From the NCBI GenBank assembly GCA_041665005.1, contig JBAYJR010000005.1, positions 16,312 through 80,311 of the forward strand: a stretch of DNA of 64,000 nucleotides. The letters run 5' to 3'. Under the pieces are notes generated by a model. It made no database searches. It was not told the origin of the DNA and was given only the letters and a program-made list of their open reading frames with translations. The stretch is from Candidatus Buchananbacteria bacterium (GTDB lineage Bacteria; Patescibacteriota; Patescibacteriia; 2-01-FULL-39-33; JBAYJR01). The position numbers and the translations under genes are program-made. Each line of letters opens with the position of its first letter. Position 1 is the first letter of the stretch. Positions 19,273 through 29,098 of this stretch are shown piece after piece.

Positions 19273-22056
19273 TTAGCGTGATAAATATTTAATTTGTGAA
19301 TATATTAAGTCATAAACCCAAGCATCCATATGTTGATTTCTAAAATTTTTAATTTTATTCCAAAAACCTTTGTGATTCTTACTATGTTTTAATTCTACCA
19401 TAAAACTAAGAAAAAATCCTTTAGGTTTTAGTAAGCCCAGGTGGTGATAATATTCAATGTTCTTTAAAAACGTAACTATGTTAGTATATAGTTTAAAGTT
19501 AACTTCTTGAGTGGCAATATTACCTGCCAAATCAACGGCTACAACTTTAAAGTTGTGATCACCTACGGTTAACAACGACAAATCTAAAGCTTGTTGGTTA
19601 GTTACTAATTTTCCATCTAAAGTGGCGGTGGTGCTGGCTAACCCAGAAAAAGCATCGGTAGCCACAAAACTAAGGGTAAAAGTGCCGGTATTAAGGTAAT
19701 TTTGGGCTAAAGGCCAATTAATTTGAATTTGCGGGGGCGTAGTGTCTTCGGGTTGTAATTGCACGAGTGGTTCAGTAGAAGTAGCAGAATAAGTTAAAGC
19801 AAAATTATGAATAGTATCAGCAGTAGTAGTGGCAACGAAGGTTTTGGTAAATTCTGCATTATCGGTTAAGTAGGTGGTTTCTAATTCATATTTACCAGCT
19901 CCGGTTCCTTGTGTTTGAATTTGATATTGGCCGGCCTGCGGATTGGGAATTATAATAAATTCCAAATCAGGGTCATAAAAGCTCTGAGAAATTTCCTGGG
20001 TGGTAGTATTGTTGATTAAATCATAACCGACTTTTTGACCATTTGGTGCGGTAATTAGTAAATTAACCGGCGAATGAACAGTAACAAATAAGGCGTTAAA
20101 GATTTTGCCATGATCAATGTAGTTGCTAGTTTCTTGATTGGTTAAAATTTTTATTATTTGTTGTTGAGCGACCGTATTCAAATCACTATGTTCAGCCGTT
20201 AGTTTTATAGAATTTATTTCCTGGCCACCGATAACTGTACTACTTCGTAATGGTACCGTGCCATCACCATTGCCCATCTCTAAGCCTACATTACTGCCCC
20301 CTTCATAAAAGTTTTCCGGATAACCGTCTAGCCATAAATTATTATAAGTTGAATTTACTATTTTGATAATATCATACGTTGACGAATTTCCTAAGTCACC
20401 AACAATGTTGTTGATTTTTGTATTGGTTAATAGTTTTTGTACTTTTGTGGTTTGATTTAGCAGTTCCAAAAATGAATTATAAGGCGAGGTTGGATATTTT
20501 TTTAGATTAAGCGTCTCTTGCTCGCGTAGATAATCATATACTGGCAAAAGCTGGCCGACAGTTGGGATCATATTTCGGACATACTGCGATAAATTTAGAT
20601 AGCCATTTTTTACGGCCTCTATTTTAAATATATATTTAAATAATTTACTTAGTTTATCTGGTCCAAATTCCCCTCCTTCCCAAATTAAGTAAGATTTAGT
20701 AGCTCCCTGATGTGGGGTGCCCAAAAAAATTATTTGGTCAACATCATCAGCATAATTATCGCTTTCAATGTATTCTCTAGCTATTAGACCTCCCATGCTA
20801 TGCGCTACTAAGTCAACTTTTTGACAATTACACAACTGCTTAACCGTAGCAATTTTTTGTTTTAGTAATTCTGCAGTCAAAACATTACCTTGTCGCCATT
20901 GATAAGGAAAACTAAACAGAGTTTTGCCTTCTTGGTAGCCCGCTTCTTTTAAGGCTTGATATAAATTATCATAAGTACCAAAAATTGGATCTAAACGCCA
21001 TTCGCCTTTAACTGGCCAACTACCCAAAATTCCGGGAATCAAAATGACGGGCTGGTCCAGAGAAATTTCTGGGCCTTGGTCTTTGTTTAACCAAGGATCA
21101 AATAAAACATTATCAGAAACTTTATCACCTTTACCGGTAGCATTTAAAACCGACTGATAAGGCCCACTGGGACTACCCCAGTCGTTATTAGTCGCTTCAA
21201 TAGTACTACTGGCTACGGCTTGGCTAACCTTCAAGCCAAAATTAGCATTGCCCTGAAATAAATTGTTTTTAATGGTGGCGGTGCGATTAGCAAAATCAAT
21301 CATTAGGCCAGTTTCACGATTTTCTAGAAATTGGTTGTTGGTTAGCTCTATGGGATTGCTAACTTGAAAATTTATACCGTTGGAGTTGTTCTTGAAAACA
21401 TTATTATCAATAACTAGTTTATTACTGTCTCCACCCCAACGCAGTAAAATTCCATCCGTGCGATTATTAGTGATTTGGCTATTAGTTAAACTGCCCTTAA
21501 AAAATCCATCAATGGCCGCCAAGCCAGGTCCAGGCGCGTTAGCTCCGGCATAGCGTATTTGAATAGAATTTAAAGTTGAGGTAGCGCTATCGGCAAAAGA
21601 CAAACCCTTCCAATCACCGGGTGTTGGCATAATTAAACCAAAATCGCCATCTGTGTCGCCACCAGCACTGTCATCGCGATAAGAAGTAAAGACAATCGGT
21701 TCCGCCGTGGTGCCGACTGCCTGCAAAGAACCTTTAATAATTAATTCGGTTGGCCAAGTGTACCAAGTGCCTTGAAAACGTGGGCCAAATTTTATAACCA
21801 CGCCCGGTTCAATAGTAACCGTGCCGTAACTTAAAATTGTCGCTGCATTTTCTACATAATACGGACTTAAAGCCTTAGTTAAAGTGGCGTTGCCAATTTG
21901 ACCGGCGGGCGACATCCAAGGAATACTGGGCCAAGCCGTGCAGGTTTGACACCAACTGGGCGCTCCCCAAACTTTAAGTGGCAAAAAAATTATAGCCACG
22001 AAAAAAACCACGGTTGAAACAACCTTGGTTAAATAAAAAAATCCTCCCTTTTTCAT
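19273..22056 (-). CDS. Secreted multidomain protein: beta-helix, lipase/acyltransferase-like alpha/beta hydrolase, Ig-like domain
   Basis: Signal peptide; Asn-rich parallel beta-helix repeats; ILIPGILGS, FPYQWRQ, VDLVAHSMGG, GTPHQG, GDGTVP, H; DTTPPQI Ig-like tail. Confidence 0.85.
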   Translation of the reverse strand: MKKGGFFYLTKVVSTVVFFVAIIFLPLKVWGAPSWCQTCTAWPSIPWMSPAGQIGNATLTKALSPYYVENAATILSYGTVTIEPGVVIKFGPRFQGTWYTWPTELIIKGSLQAVGTTAEPIVFTSYRDDSAGGDTDGDFGLIMPTPGDWKGLSFADSATSTLNSIQIRYAGANAPGPGLAAIDGFFKGSLTNSQITNNRTDGILLRWGGDSNKLVIDNNVFKNNSNGINFQVSNPIELTNNQFLENRETGLMIDFANRTATIKNNLFQGNANFGLKVSQAVASSTIEATNNDWGSPSGPYQSVLNATGKGDKVSDNVLFDPWLNKDQGPEISLDQPVILIPGILGSWPVKGEWRLDPIFGTYDNLYQALKEAGYQEGKTLFSFPYQWRQGNVLTAELLKQKIATVKQLCNCQKVDLVAHSMGGLIAREYIESDNYADDVDQIIFLGTPHQGATKSYLIWEGGEFGPDKLSKLFKYIFKIEAVKNGYLNLSQYVRNMIPTVGQLLPVYDYLREQETLNLKKYPTSPYNSFLELLNQTTKVQKLLTNTKINNIVGDLGNSSTYDIIKIVNSTYNNLWLDGYPENFYEGGSNVGLEMGNGDGTVPLRSSTVIGGQEINSIKLTAEHSDLNTVAQQQIIKILTNQETSNYIDHGKIFNALFVTVHSPVNLLITAPNGQKVGYDLINNTTTQEISQSFYDPDLEFIIIPNPQAGQYQIQTQGTGAGKYELETTYLTDNAEFTKTFVATTTADTIHNFALTYSATSTEPLVQLQPEDTTPPQIQINWPLAQNYLNTGTFTLSFVATDAFSGLASTTATLDGKLVTNQQALDLSLLTVGDHNFKVVAVDLAGNIATQEVNFKLYTNIVTFLKNIEYYHHLGLLKPKGFFLSFMVELKHSKNHKGFWNKIKNFRNQHMDAWVYDLIYSQIKYLSR

Positions 22057-22145
22057 TTTCTTAAATTAATTTTTAAAATATTTAATCTTTTTTTATATTA
22101 TACTACCCTGTCAAAAAGATTTCAAATGATTTTTTAGATAAGTTG

Positions 22146-23015
22146 CTATTTGGAAATTAATCCAGCAGTAAGCACCAGTATTAAGCCTAAAAAATATACT
22201 GGTAGCAGTGCTTCGTGAAAAAATATAACGATTAAAACCGCCGCTAAAATTGGGGTTAAAAAAAGCAATGGTGCAATAAAGGAAGTTTTGGCGTAGCTTA
22301 AGCCTTTTAACCATAAAACATAAGAAAAGCCGTTAATGAAAATTCCATTAACTAAAATAAGTAGCCAAGAGTTTTTAGCCGGGAAAACAAAGTGAGAAAA
22401 AATAATCATACTAAAAAAGGAAAAGATCGTGGCAGAAATAAAGAAAATAGTAGTAGCTGAATAGGGTTCAAGATTAATTTTTTTACTAAGAACAGAAAAA
22501 AGACCAAAGACTAAAGCGGCAAGTAAAACAACTAAGTCAACGGCTAGGTTTCCTAAATAAATTTGATTGAATTCGCCTTTGGTTAATACTAGCAGCACCA
22601 CTAAAAAACCTAAAATAATAGCTATAATATTTTGATTTTTTATTTTTTCTTTAAGAAAAATTATGGAAAACAGCACAATAAATATCGGCCAAGTGTATTG
22701 AATAACTAAAACTTCCAGCCCGCGAGCCCTGGCGTAACCAAAATACAGTAAGAGATAATACAAAAAACAACCTAAAAATCCTAGGCCAAGAGCAGACCAT
22801 AGGTTGTGACCGGTATAATTTTTAAAATTTTTAAACTTTTTGGTTACTAAACAACTTGCCGCGAGAGCAAAAAACGATAATAAACTTGACCAAAATAAAA
22901 ATTGATAGTTATCTAAGCTTTGTTGGCCAAGCCGGGAAACCACGGGAATTAAAGCCCATAAGCCTATACAGACTAAGATATATATTAACGCTTTAGTTTT
23001 ATTTTCTTTTTCCAT
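22146..23015 (-). CDS. DMT/EamA family transporter
   Basis: About 10 TM, two EamA repeats, QYTWPIF..FLKEK. Confidence 0.85.
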   Translation of the reverse strand: MEKENKTKALIYILVCIGLWALIPVVSRLGQQSLDNYQFLFWSSLLSFFALAASCLVTKKFKNFKNYTGHNLWSALGLGFLGCFLYYLLLYFGYARARGLEVLVIQYTWPIFIVLFSIIFLKEKIKNQNIIAIILGFLVVLLVLTKGEFNQIYLGNLAVDLVVLLAALVFGLFSVLSKKINLEPYSATTIFFISATIFSFFSMIIFSHFVFPAKNSWLLILVNGIFINGFSYVLWLKGLSYAKTSFIAPLLFLTPILAAVLIVIFFHEALLPVYFLGLILVLTAGLISK

Positions 23016-23040
23016 GTTTAGAATTATAACAAAAAGTCTA

Positions 23041-23691
23041 TTAGGTGACTATTGCTTTTATTCTTTTAATTGCCTTGGGCATATTTCTCATCCCCTGTCC
23101 CACTGGATAATAAACGGGGTAAACTTTGAACTTTTTGTCTTTGATGGTTAATATTTCGCTATTAGTTTCTTGATATTCAGAAACTTTAATATTTTTATTT
23201 AGCAAAATAGAGGAAACTTGATTACCAAAAGAAATAATATGATCGGGATTTATAAGGTATATTTCTTCCAAGGTGTTTCGCAAGTAATTTCTAAATACCT
23301 CGTTTTTTAGAGCCCTAGCATCTATTTGCGTGCATTTTGCAAGATTAGTAATATAAATGGATTTTTTACTTAAACTACTATATAATACGTTAACAAATTT
23401 TTCATTCCAAGCAGCTCGGTTATTGTTTTGAGTGGAGTCAAAAATATCTTTTTCTAAGAATCCCAAAGCAAAAAACATTTTCCAAATATTTTTTGTTCCT
23501 ATCCACGGAGCCCGTAATCCTTGCCAGCTAAACACCGCAGAATAATTTTTAGCGGTTGGATTCATAAATAAGAACAAATTTTGAGGATTTTTAAGACAAC
23601 CCGCTCCGTAAATGGCATAGTGTTTAGTACTACCATAATGCTTTTGTAGCTTATCAACTTCAGGCTTAAGGTGTTCTAATTGTAATTTCAT
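23041..23691 (-). CDS. Uracil-DNA glycosylase superfamily protein
   Basis: LFLFMNP, IYITNLAKC, EIYLINP..IISFG, YPVYYP (atypical C-terminal motif). Confidence 0.7.
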   Translation of the reverse strand: MKLQLEHLKPEVDKLQKHYGSTKHYAIYGAGCLKNPQNLFLFMNPTAKNYSAVFSWQGLRAPWIGTKNIWKMFFALGFLEKDIFDSTQNNNRAAWNEKFVNVLYSSLSKKSIYITNLAKCTQIDARALKNEVFRNYLRNTLEEIYLINPDHIISFGNQVSSILLNKNIKVSEYQETNSEILTIKDKKFKVYPVYYPVGQGMRNMPKAIKRIKAIVT

Positions 23692-23790
23692 CTATATATT
23701 TTAACAAAAAATTGCCTAACTGGCGATTTTAAATTTCTATAAGATGAAAAATGTTAAATGAGCTAAACAACATTTTAATTATTTTTGTAT

Positions 23791-23824
23791 AAAAAAGCGC
23801 CGTACCTTTTGGTCGGCGCATTTT
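23791..23824 (-). terminator. Probable terminator of TPR gene
   Basis: AAAAAAGCGCCG...CGGCGC inverted repeat. Confidence 0.6.
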
Positions 23825-23833
23825 AAATCATTT

Positions 23834-25312
23834 TTACTGCCTAGAAAGATTTTTTAGCTTGTCCAATGCGGCAATTGGTACAGTGCCACCAAGCGCCTGA
23901 CACTTTTTGAAGTCAGCCCAAGCCTTATCATTTTCGCCCTTGGCTTGATAGGCAAAGCCACGATGCAAAAAAGATGAAGCATCTCCCCATAACTGCACGG
24001 TTTTAGACCAATCAGCAATTGCTCGGTCATAATCTCCCTTTGCGTAATATGGGAAACCGCGATCGCGATAAGCCTCAGAAAAACCAGGTTCTAATGCAAT
24101 AGCTTTAGTGTAATCAGTAATTGCTTGGTCAAGATCACCCTTCAGCTCGAAACATCTGCCCCGATAAATATAGGGCACACTAAAGATCGGCTCTAGTTCT
24201 ATGACTTTTGACCAATCGGCAATTGCTCGGTCATAAGCACTAATCTTATAGTACGTAAAAGCACGATTGTGATAAGCATCGTAATCTTTCGGATCTAACT
24301 CAATGGCTTTGGAGCAATCAGCGATAGCTTGCTCATAGTATCCTTTTTCATAAAAAGCCCGACCGCGATAATTGTATGCTTCAGCTAAAGTTGGATCTAA
24401 CTCAAGGGCCTTGGAACAATCAGCGATAGTCTTATCAAAGTTGCGTTCTTGACAGGCAGTCTCGGCCCGCCAAACAAACATCATCGCCTCTCGTGATTTA
24501 GGCTGCGCTGTAGGGGTGGTTGATTTTGCATCTGTTGCTGAATTATTCTTGTAATTTTCTTTACTTTCCAACCTCCAAGTCGTTCCCCCATCAGAGGTAC
24601 GAAAAATGTAAAGTAGCTTAGGGCCAACAAAAGCAGATCTATTCCATAAAATTTCACATTTAGAATCAGTCCAAATGCTTGCTGGAGGCATTATTAACCT
24701 GTAGTCACTAAAATTTCCTTCTAACAAGTTATTTTGTCTAACATACAGCGAAAGATTTTTTGCGCTTTCTTCTAAAGTTATACTACTTTGTCTGATTGCT
24801 TTGGTTTCTTCCCAAGAATGAAGTGATTTTAAGCTTTTATTTAGAACGCTCCAACCGCTAAAACAAATCAAGCCAAAAATAATTAGCGCACCCAATACTA
24901 TCGATAAAACTCCCGCATCGCTGATTTCGTTGCTTGTGCCTCCACTAGTCCAATTATCATCACCATAAGAACTTTCGTGATAACTTGGACTGCTTTCTGG
25001 TTCTGAGCTTTCATAATTTTCGTCGTCGCCATCAGTGTTACTTTCGCTACTAGGCTTTGAGTTATCATTGTCACCCCCAAAGCTGAACCAATCAGAACTG
25101 CTTTCGTCGGAACTAGGCTTAGATTTTCCTTCATAATAACTATCTGAGGGGTCAGCGTTTTTAAGATGAGAAAATGCGTCCCTATCGGCCTCTTCTTGAG
25201 TAAAACCAGCACCCCTACCAATATTTCCATCACGATCTTCTACTTTTGCATTGCAAACTCCCAAAACAGCACCAAAGATATCCGTTGTGTTTGTTGTCTT
25301 ATAATCTCCCAT
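23834..25312 (-). CDS. Membrane-anchored TPR protein with acidic Ser-rich N-terminus
   Basis: S/D/E-rich region, one TM, RTSDGGTTW, about six TPRs (AYNYRG..AIADCSKAIELDP); SD AAGGAGG at 25319-25325. Confidence 0.85.
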   Translation of the reverse strand: MGDYKTTNTTDIFGAVLGVCNAKVEDRDGNIGRGAGFTQEEADRDAFSHLKNADPSDSYYEGKSKPSSDESSSDWFSFGGDNDNSKPSSESNTDGDDENYESSEPESSPSYHESSYGDDNWTSGGTSNEISDAGVLSIVLGALIIFGLICFSGWSVLNKSLKSLHSWEETKAIRQSSITLEESAKNLSLYVRQNNLLEGNFSDYRLIMPPASIWTDSKCEILWNRSAFVGPKLLYIFRTSDGGTTWRLESKENYKNNSATDAKSTTPTAQPKSREAMMFVWRAETACQERNFDKTIADCSKALELDPTLAEAYNYRGRAFYEKGYYEQAIADCSKAIELDPKDYDAYHNRAFTYYKISAYDRAIADWSKVIELEPIFSVPYIYRGRCFELKGDLDQAITDYTKAIALEPGFSEAYRDRGFPYYAKGDYDRAIADWSKTVQLWGDASSFLHRGFAYQAKGENDKAWADFKKCQALGGTVPIAALDKLKNLSRQ

Positions 25313-25389
25313 AATATTCCTCCTTTTTTGAAATTATTGATATTATATCAACATCTTAGCTTAAACCCAAAGTAAAAACCTGTCAAGCC

Positions 25390-25418
25390 AAAAAAGTCGC
25401 CAGTTAGGCGACTTTTTT
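25390..25418 (-). terminator. Intrinsic terminator after eno
   Basis: AAAAAAGTCGCC-agtta-GGCGACTTTTTT. Confidence 0.85.
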
Positions 25419-25429
25419 AAATAAGGATG

Positions 25430-26689
25430 TTATTTTTTTAATTCCCCTTCAATTTCCATTACGCGATTATATTTAGCCACTCGTTCGGAACGGGATAAAC
25501 TTCCGGCTTTAAGATAATCAGCGTTAACGGCTACGGCTAGGTCGGCGATAAAAGTATCTTCGGTTTCGCCGGAGCGATGAGAAATAATTACTTTATAGCC
25601 ATGTTTTTTTGCTAAACGAATCGCGGTTAAAGTTTCGGTTAAACTACCAATTTGATTAACTTTAATCAAAATCGCATTTGCTACCTGGTTATCAATTCCC
25701 TGTTGTAAACGTTTAGGATCGGTGGTAAATAAATCGTCGCCTACTAAATGTACTTTTTTTCCTAAAACTTTAGTTAATTTTTGCCAAGTCGACCAATCAT
25801 CTTCCGCCAACGGATCTTCTAAAGAAATTATGGGATATTTGGCCACCAATTGTTCCAAATATTTAATAAACTCTTCGCCACTTAATTTACGACCGGCATT
25901 TTTTAGCTCGTATTGATTAGTTTGGCTGTTAAAAAATTCTGAAGAAGCTAAATCAATGGCGATGGCCACCTCTCGACCAGCCCGGTAGCCGGTTTCTTTA
26001 ATGGCAGTCATTAACAAATCTAATGAGTCTTCGGCAGTTTTGAGTTGTGGCGCAAACCCACCTTCATCACCCACGGCAGTGTTTAATTTTTTAGCTTTTA
26101 AAATCTTTTTTAAAGTTTGAAAAATTTCTGAGCCGCAACGAACGCGCTCGGCAAAAGTTGCTTGTTGTGGCACCAACATAAATTCTTGCCAATCCGCAGC
26201 CCAATTAGCGTGGGCGCCACCATTTAAAACATTCATCATCGGTTTAGGTAATTTCCAAGCAGTTTCTTTTAGACCAGAAAGTTGACGTAAATATTTAAAC
26301 AATGAAATTTTTTTACTGTTCGCGGCCGCTTGGGCGCAAGCTAAAGAAACTGCTAAAATCGCATTAGCACCAAGTTTGTTTTTATTAGGCGTGCCGTCTA
26401 ATTCTAGCATTAATTGATCTAAACCGGATTGTTTCGTTACTTCAAAGCCTTTTAATTTTGGGGCAATTTTTTTGTTAACATTAGCAACAGCCTTTAAAAC
26501 GCCCTTACCATGATAGCGTTTAATATTACCATCACGTAGTTCTAGGGCTTCGTGAACGCCCGTAGAAGCGCCACTAGGCACCATGGCTTGACCAATTGTT
26601 CCATCACTAAGTAAAACTTTGGCGGCAATAGTCGGGTTACCGCGAGAATCAACTATTTCTCGCGCGGTAATATTTTTTATTTTTGGCAT
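25430..26689 (-). CDS. eno: Enolase
   Basis: DSRGNPT, VPSGASTG, GDEGGFAP, ILIKVNQIG, SHRSGETED; start ATG 26689. Confidence 0.97.
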   Translation of the reverse strand: MPKIKNITAREIVDSRGNPTIAAKVLLSDGTIGQAMVPSGASTGVHEALELRDGNIKRYHGKGVLKAVANVNKKIAPKLKGFEVTKQSGLDQLMLELDGTPNKNKLGANAILAVSLACAQAAANSKKISLFKYLRQLSGLKETAWKLPKPMMNVLNGGAHANWAADWQEFMLVPQQATFAERVRCGSEIFQTLKKILKAKKLNTAVGDEGGFAPQLKTAEDSLDLLMTAIKETGYRAGREVAIAIDLASSEFFNSQTNQYELKNAGRKLSGEEFIKYLEQLVAKYPIISLEDPLAEDDWSTWQKLTKVLGKKVHLVGDDLFTTDPKRLQQGIDNQVANAILIKVNQIGSLTETLTAIRLAKKHGYKVIISHRSGETEDTFIADLAVAVNADYLKAGSLSRSERVAKYNRVMEIEGELKK

Positions 26690-26708
26690 AGTTTTTTGCA
26701 ATTAGTTA

Positions 26709-26993
26709 TTATTGTTCTAAGGAAAATTCTCGTTCTTCTTTTTCGCTAATTAAAGTTTTTAAAAGCTCAATTAATTCTTCAGTCTGAGTTGAGGTTAATG
26801 AATCTAATCCCCGAGCCTCTAGGCCATCATTGATGTTTCGGGTTATTTCTTCGGCGCTAATTCCCGCTTCATATTCTTCATGCATAATGTCGGCATCTTC
26901 TTGGGTAATGCCAAAATCGTTAGCAATGTCAATTAAACGTTGATCAGTTTTGCCGCTAACGGCGTAATTTTGGGTTTCTCTTAGTTCGGACAT
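26709..26993 (-). CDS. Small acidic hypothetical protein
   Basis: 94-aa ORF filling the pgk-eno gap, same strand. Confidence 0.65.
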   Translation of the reverse strand: MSELRETQNYAVSGKTDQRLIDIANDFGITQEDADIMHEEYEAGISAEEITRNINDGLEARGLDSLTSTQTEELIELLKTLISEKEEREFSLEQ

Positions 26994-27000
26994 AAATAAT

Positions 27001-28119
27001 TTAGTTAATAATTAACTTTTTTAAACCTGGCAAGGTTTGACCAGAAAAAAATTCTAGCATCGCTCCTCCACCAGTGGACACAAATATATTATTTTTAATT
27101 TTTAAACCTTTAAGCGCCGTTAAAGTTTCTCCACCGCCCAAAACAGCTTTAGCGGAACTAGTAGTGATTGCCCGGGCAATTGTTTTAGTCGCCCGTGCAA
27201 ACTGAGGCTGTTCAAAATAACCCAGCGGACCATTCCAAATAATACTTTTAGCAGATTTAATTAGTTGACAATATTGTTTAATGGTTTTGGGCCCAAGATC
27301 TAAAATCATTTCTTGATTATTTAGTTTACCAAAAATATAATCTTGAGGAATAATAATTTTTTTGTTGGCTAATAATTTTTTAGCCAAGTTTAGTTGTTTT
27401 GGTTCAATTAAAGATTGTTTAATATCAAAACCTTTGGCGGCTAAAAAGTTGTTAGCCAAAGCGCCGCCCAATAGTAAGTAATCATATTTGGTTAATAAGT
27501 TTTTGATGATTAAAATTTTGTCAGAAATTTTAGCCCCGCCAATAATAGCCACGGCTGGATGTTTGGGGTTTAAAGCTTGACTTAAATTTTTTGCTTCTTT
27601 AATTACCAATAAACCAGCGTAGCTTGGTAGATAATGGGTAATTTTTTCTGTGGAGGCCTGCGCTCGGTGAATAGTACCAAAGGCATCCATTACAAATAGC
27701 TCGGCTAAACCGGCTAAAAGTTTGGCTAGCTTGGGACTGTTTTTTTCTTCTTCGGGATAAAATCTAATATTTTCTAGCAAACTTAGGGATTGACCGGCGA
27801 GTTGTTTTTTAGCAAAATCAAAATTTTTAATTAAATCGGTTTGGATAAAAGCAACCGGTTGCTTAAGCAGTCGCGCCAACTCATTAGCGACTGGTCGTAA
27901 AGAAAATTCTTTAACTTTATGACCATTAGGGCGACCTAAGTGTGAACAAAGAATAATTTTAACTCCCTTTTTTTGGAGTAGTTTAATGGTTGGCAAAGAT
28001 TCAACAATTTTTTGATTATTAACCACCCGATCCCCTTTTAATTTGACGTTAAAATCTACTCGCACCAGAGCAGTTTGACCAGCTAAATTTTTAATACTTT
28101 GAATTGACCGAATATTCAT
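27001..28119 (-). CDS. pgk: Phosphoglycerate kinase
   Basis: RVDFNV, SHLGRP, LLENIRF, GGAKISDK, WNGPLG, STGGGA. Confidence 0.96.
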   Translation of the reverse strand: MNIRSIQSIKNLAGQTALVRVDFNVKLKGDRVVNNQKIVESLPTIKLLQKKGVKIILCSHLGRPNGHKVKEFSLRPVANELARLLKQPVAFIQTDLIKNFDFAKKQLAGQSLSLLENIRFYPEEEKNSPKLAKLLAGLAELFVMDAFGTIHRAQASTEKITHYLPSYAGLLVIKEAKNLSQALNPKHPAVAIIGGAKISDKILIIKNLLTKYDYLLLGGALANNFLAAKGFDIKQSLIEPKQLNLAKKLLANKKIIIPQDYIFGKLNNQEMILDLGPKTIKQYCQLIKSAKSIIWNGPLGYFEQPQFARATKTIARAITTSSAKAVLGGGETLTALKGLKIKNNIFVSTGGGAMLEFFSGQTLPGLKKLIIN

Positions 28120-28194
28120 AAAAGTTATTTTATTATAACACGACTTTTATTTTAAAAAAAGTGGCTTAATTTTGTGGATTAAGCCAGATTAATT

Positions 28195-28773
28195 TTAGTG
28201 CAAATCTCCCAGGACTTCGCCAATCGTAACCTTGTCTCCTAAAGCGATAGTTAAGCTTACCCTATCGGCTGGTAATGTAATCATTACCAGGCTACCAAAA
28301 CAGATTAAACCCAATTCTTGTCCGGCTTCACAGACTTGGTCCAAAGTTAGATAGTTAATAATTCTTCTTGGTAGGTAGCCACTATATTGGGTGATACTGT
28401 AGGTCCAGTTACTGACCTCAATAGTGGTGACAAGGCGATTTTGTTTTCTAATTATTCGCCCCAGTTTTCTTAGGGTAGTGCTAGTGTTAACAATTTGGTA
28501 TTCGCCGGGAATTCTTTCTAAACTGATTACTCGGCCAGCCAGGGGCACATATTGCCGATGAACATTAAAGAGGTTTAACAAAATATACACCTCTATATAT
28601 GTATCAGTTTTATTAATTGGCTGGTCGTAGCAAATTTTTACAATTTTACCCTCAGCTGGCGAAATTAACTTGCCGGGCTTAATTGTATAAACAAGCGGGT
28701 GGCGAAAAAATACAATCAGAAACAATATCACTAAAACTACTACGGTAATTAAACTTGTGAGTAAAAGGTACAT
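28195..28773 (-). CDS. psd: Phosphatidylserine decarboxylase-family protein
   Basis: FFRHP, ISPAEGK, NVHRQYVP..G, RRI, GLICFGS cleavage motif. Confidence 0.7.
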   Translation of the reverse strand: MYLLLTSLITVVVLVILFLIVFFRHPLVYTIKPGKLISPAEGKIVKICYDQPINKTDTYIEVYILLNLFNVHRQYVPLAGRVISLERIPGEYQIVNTSTTLRKLGRIIRKQNRLVTTIEVSNWTYSITQYSGYLPRRIINYLTLDQVCEAGQELGLICFGSLVMITLPADRVSLTIALGDKVTIGEVLGDLH

Positions 28774-28784
28774 GAGATACCCTC

Positions 28785-29039
28785 CTATTTTCCTTCAATT
28801 GATACAACAGTCCAAGTATGCCCGGTTATTGACTTAATGTCAATAGTCAAGCCTTCCGCCAAGGTATTTTTAGCCAATAATCTAAGATTAAACTTTAAAT
28901 TAGCAGGCTTAATTAATTCTCCATGTTCCATTAAGTCACCCAAAGTAAGCTTAAGCTTAGTGATTTTATGTAAGTTATTTTTTTGAGCTTGTTCTAAAAT
29001 AACTTTTATAATTTTATTAGCTTCGTGTAAATCGTGCAT
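28785..29039 (-). CDS. hypA: Short HypA-like hydrogenase maturation factor
   Basis: MHDL N-terminus, ITKLKLTLG, A..TLAEG, VVSIEG; lacks Zn-binding CxxC pairs. Confidence 0.7.
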   Translation of the reverse strand: MHDLHEANKIIKVILEQAQKNNLHKITKLKLTLGDLMEHGELIKPANLKFNLRLLAKNTLAEGLTIDIKSITGHTWTVVSIEGK

Positions 29040-29098
29040 AATATTAATTTAAAAATTAAAATGCAAAATTCAAAATTTTTATTTAATTAAATTCTGTT

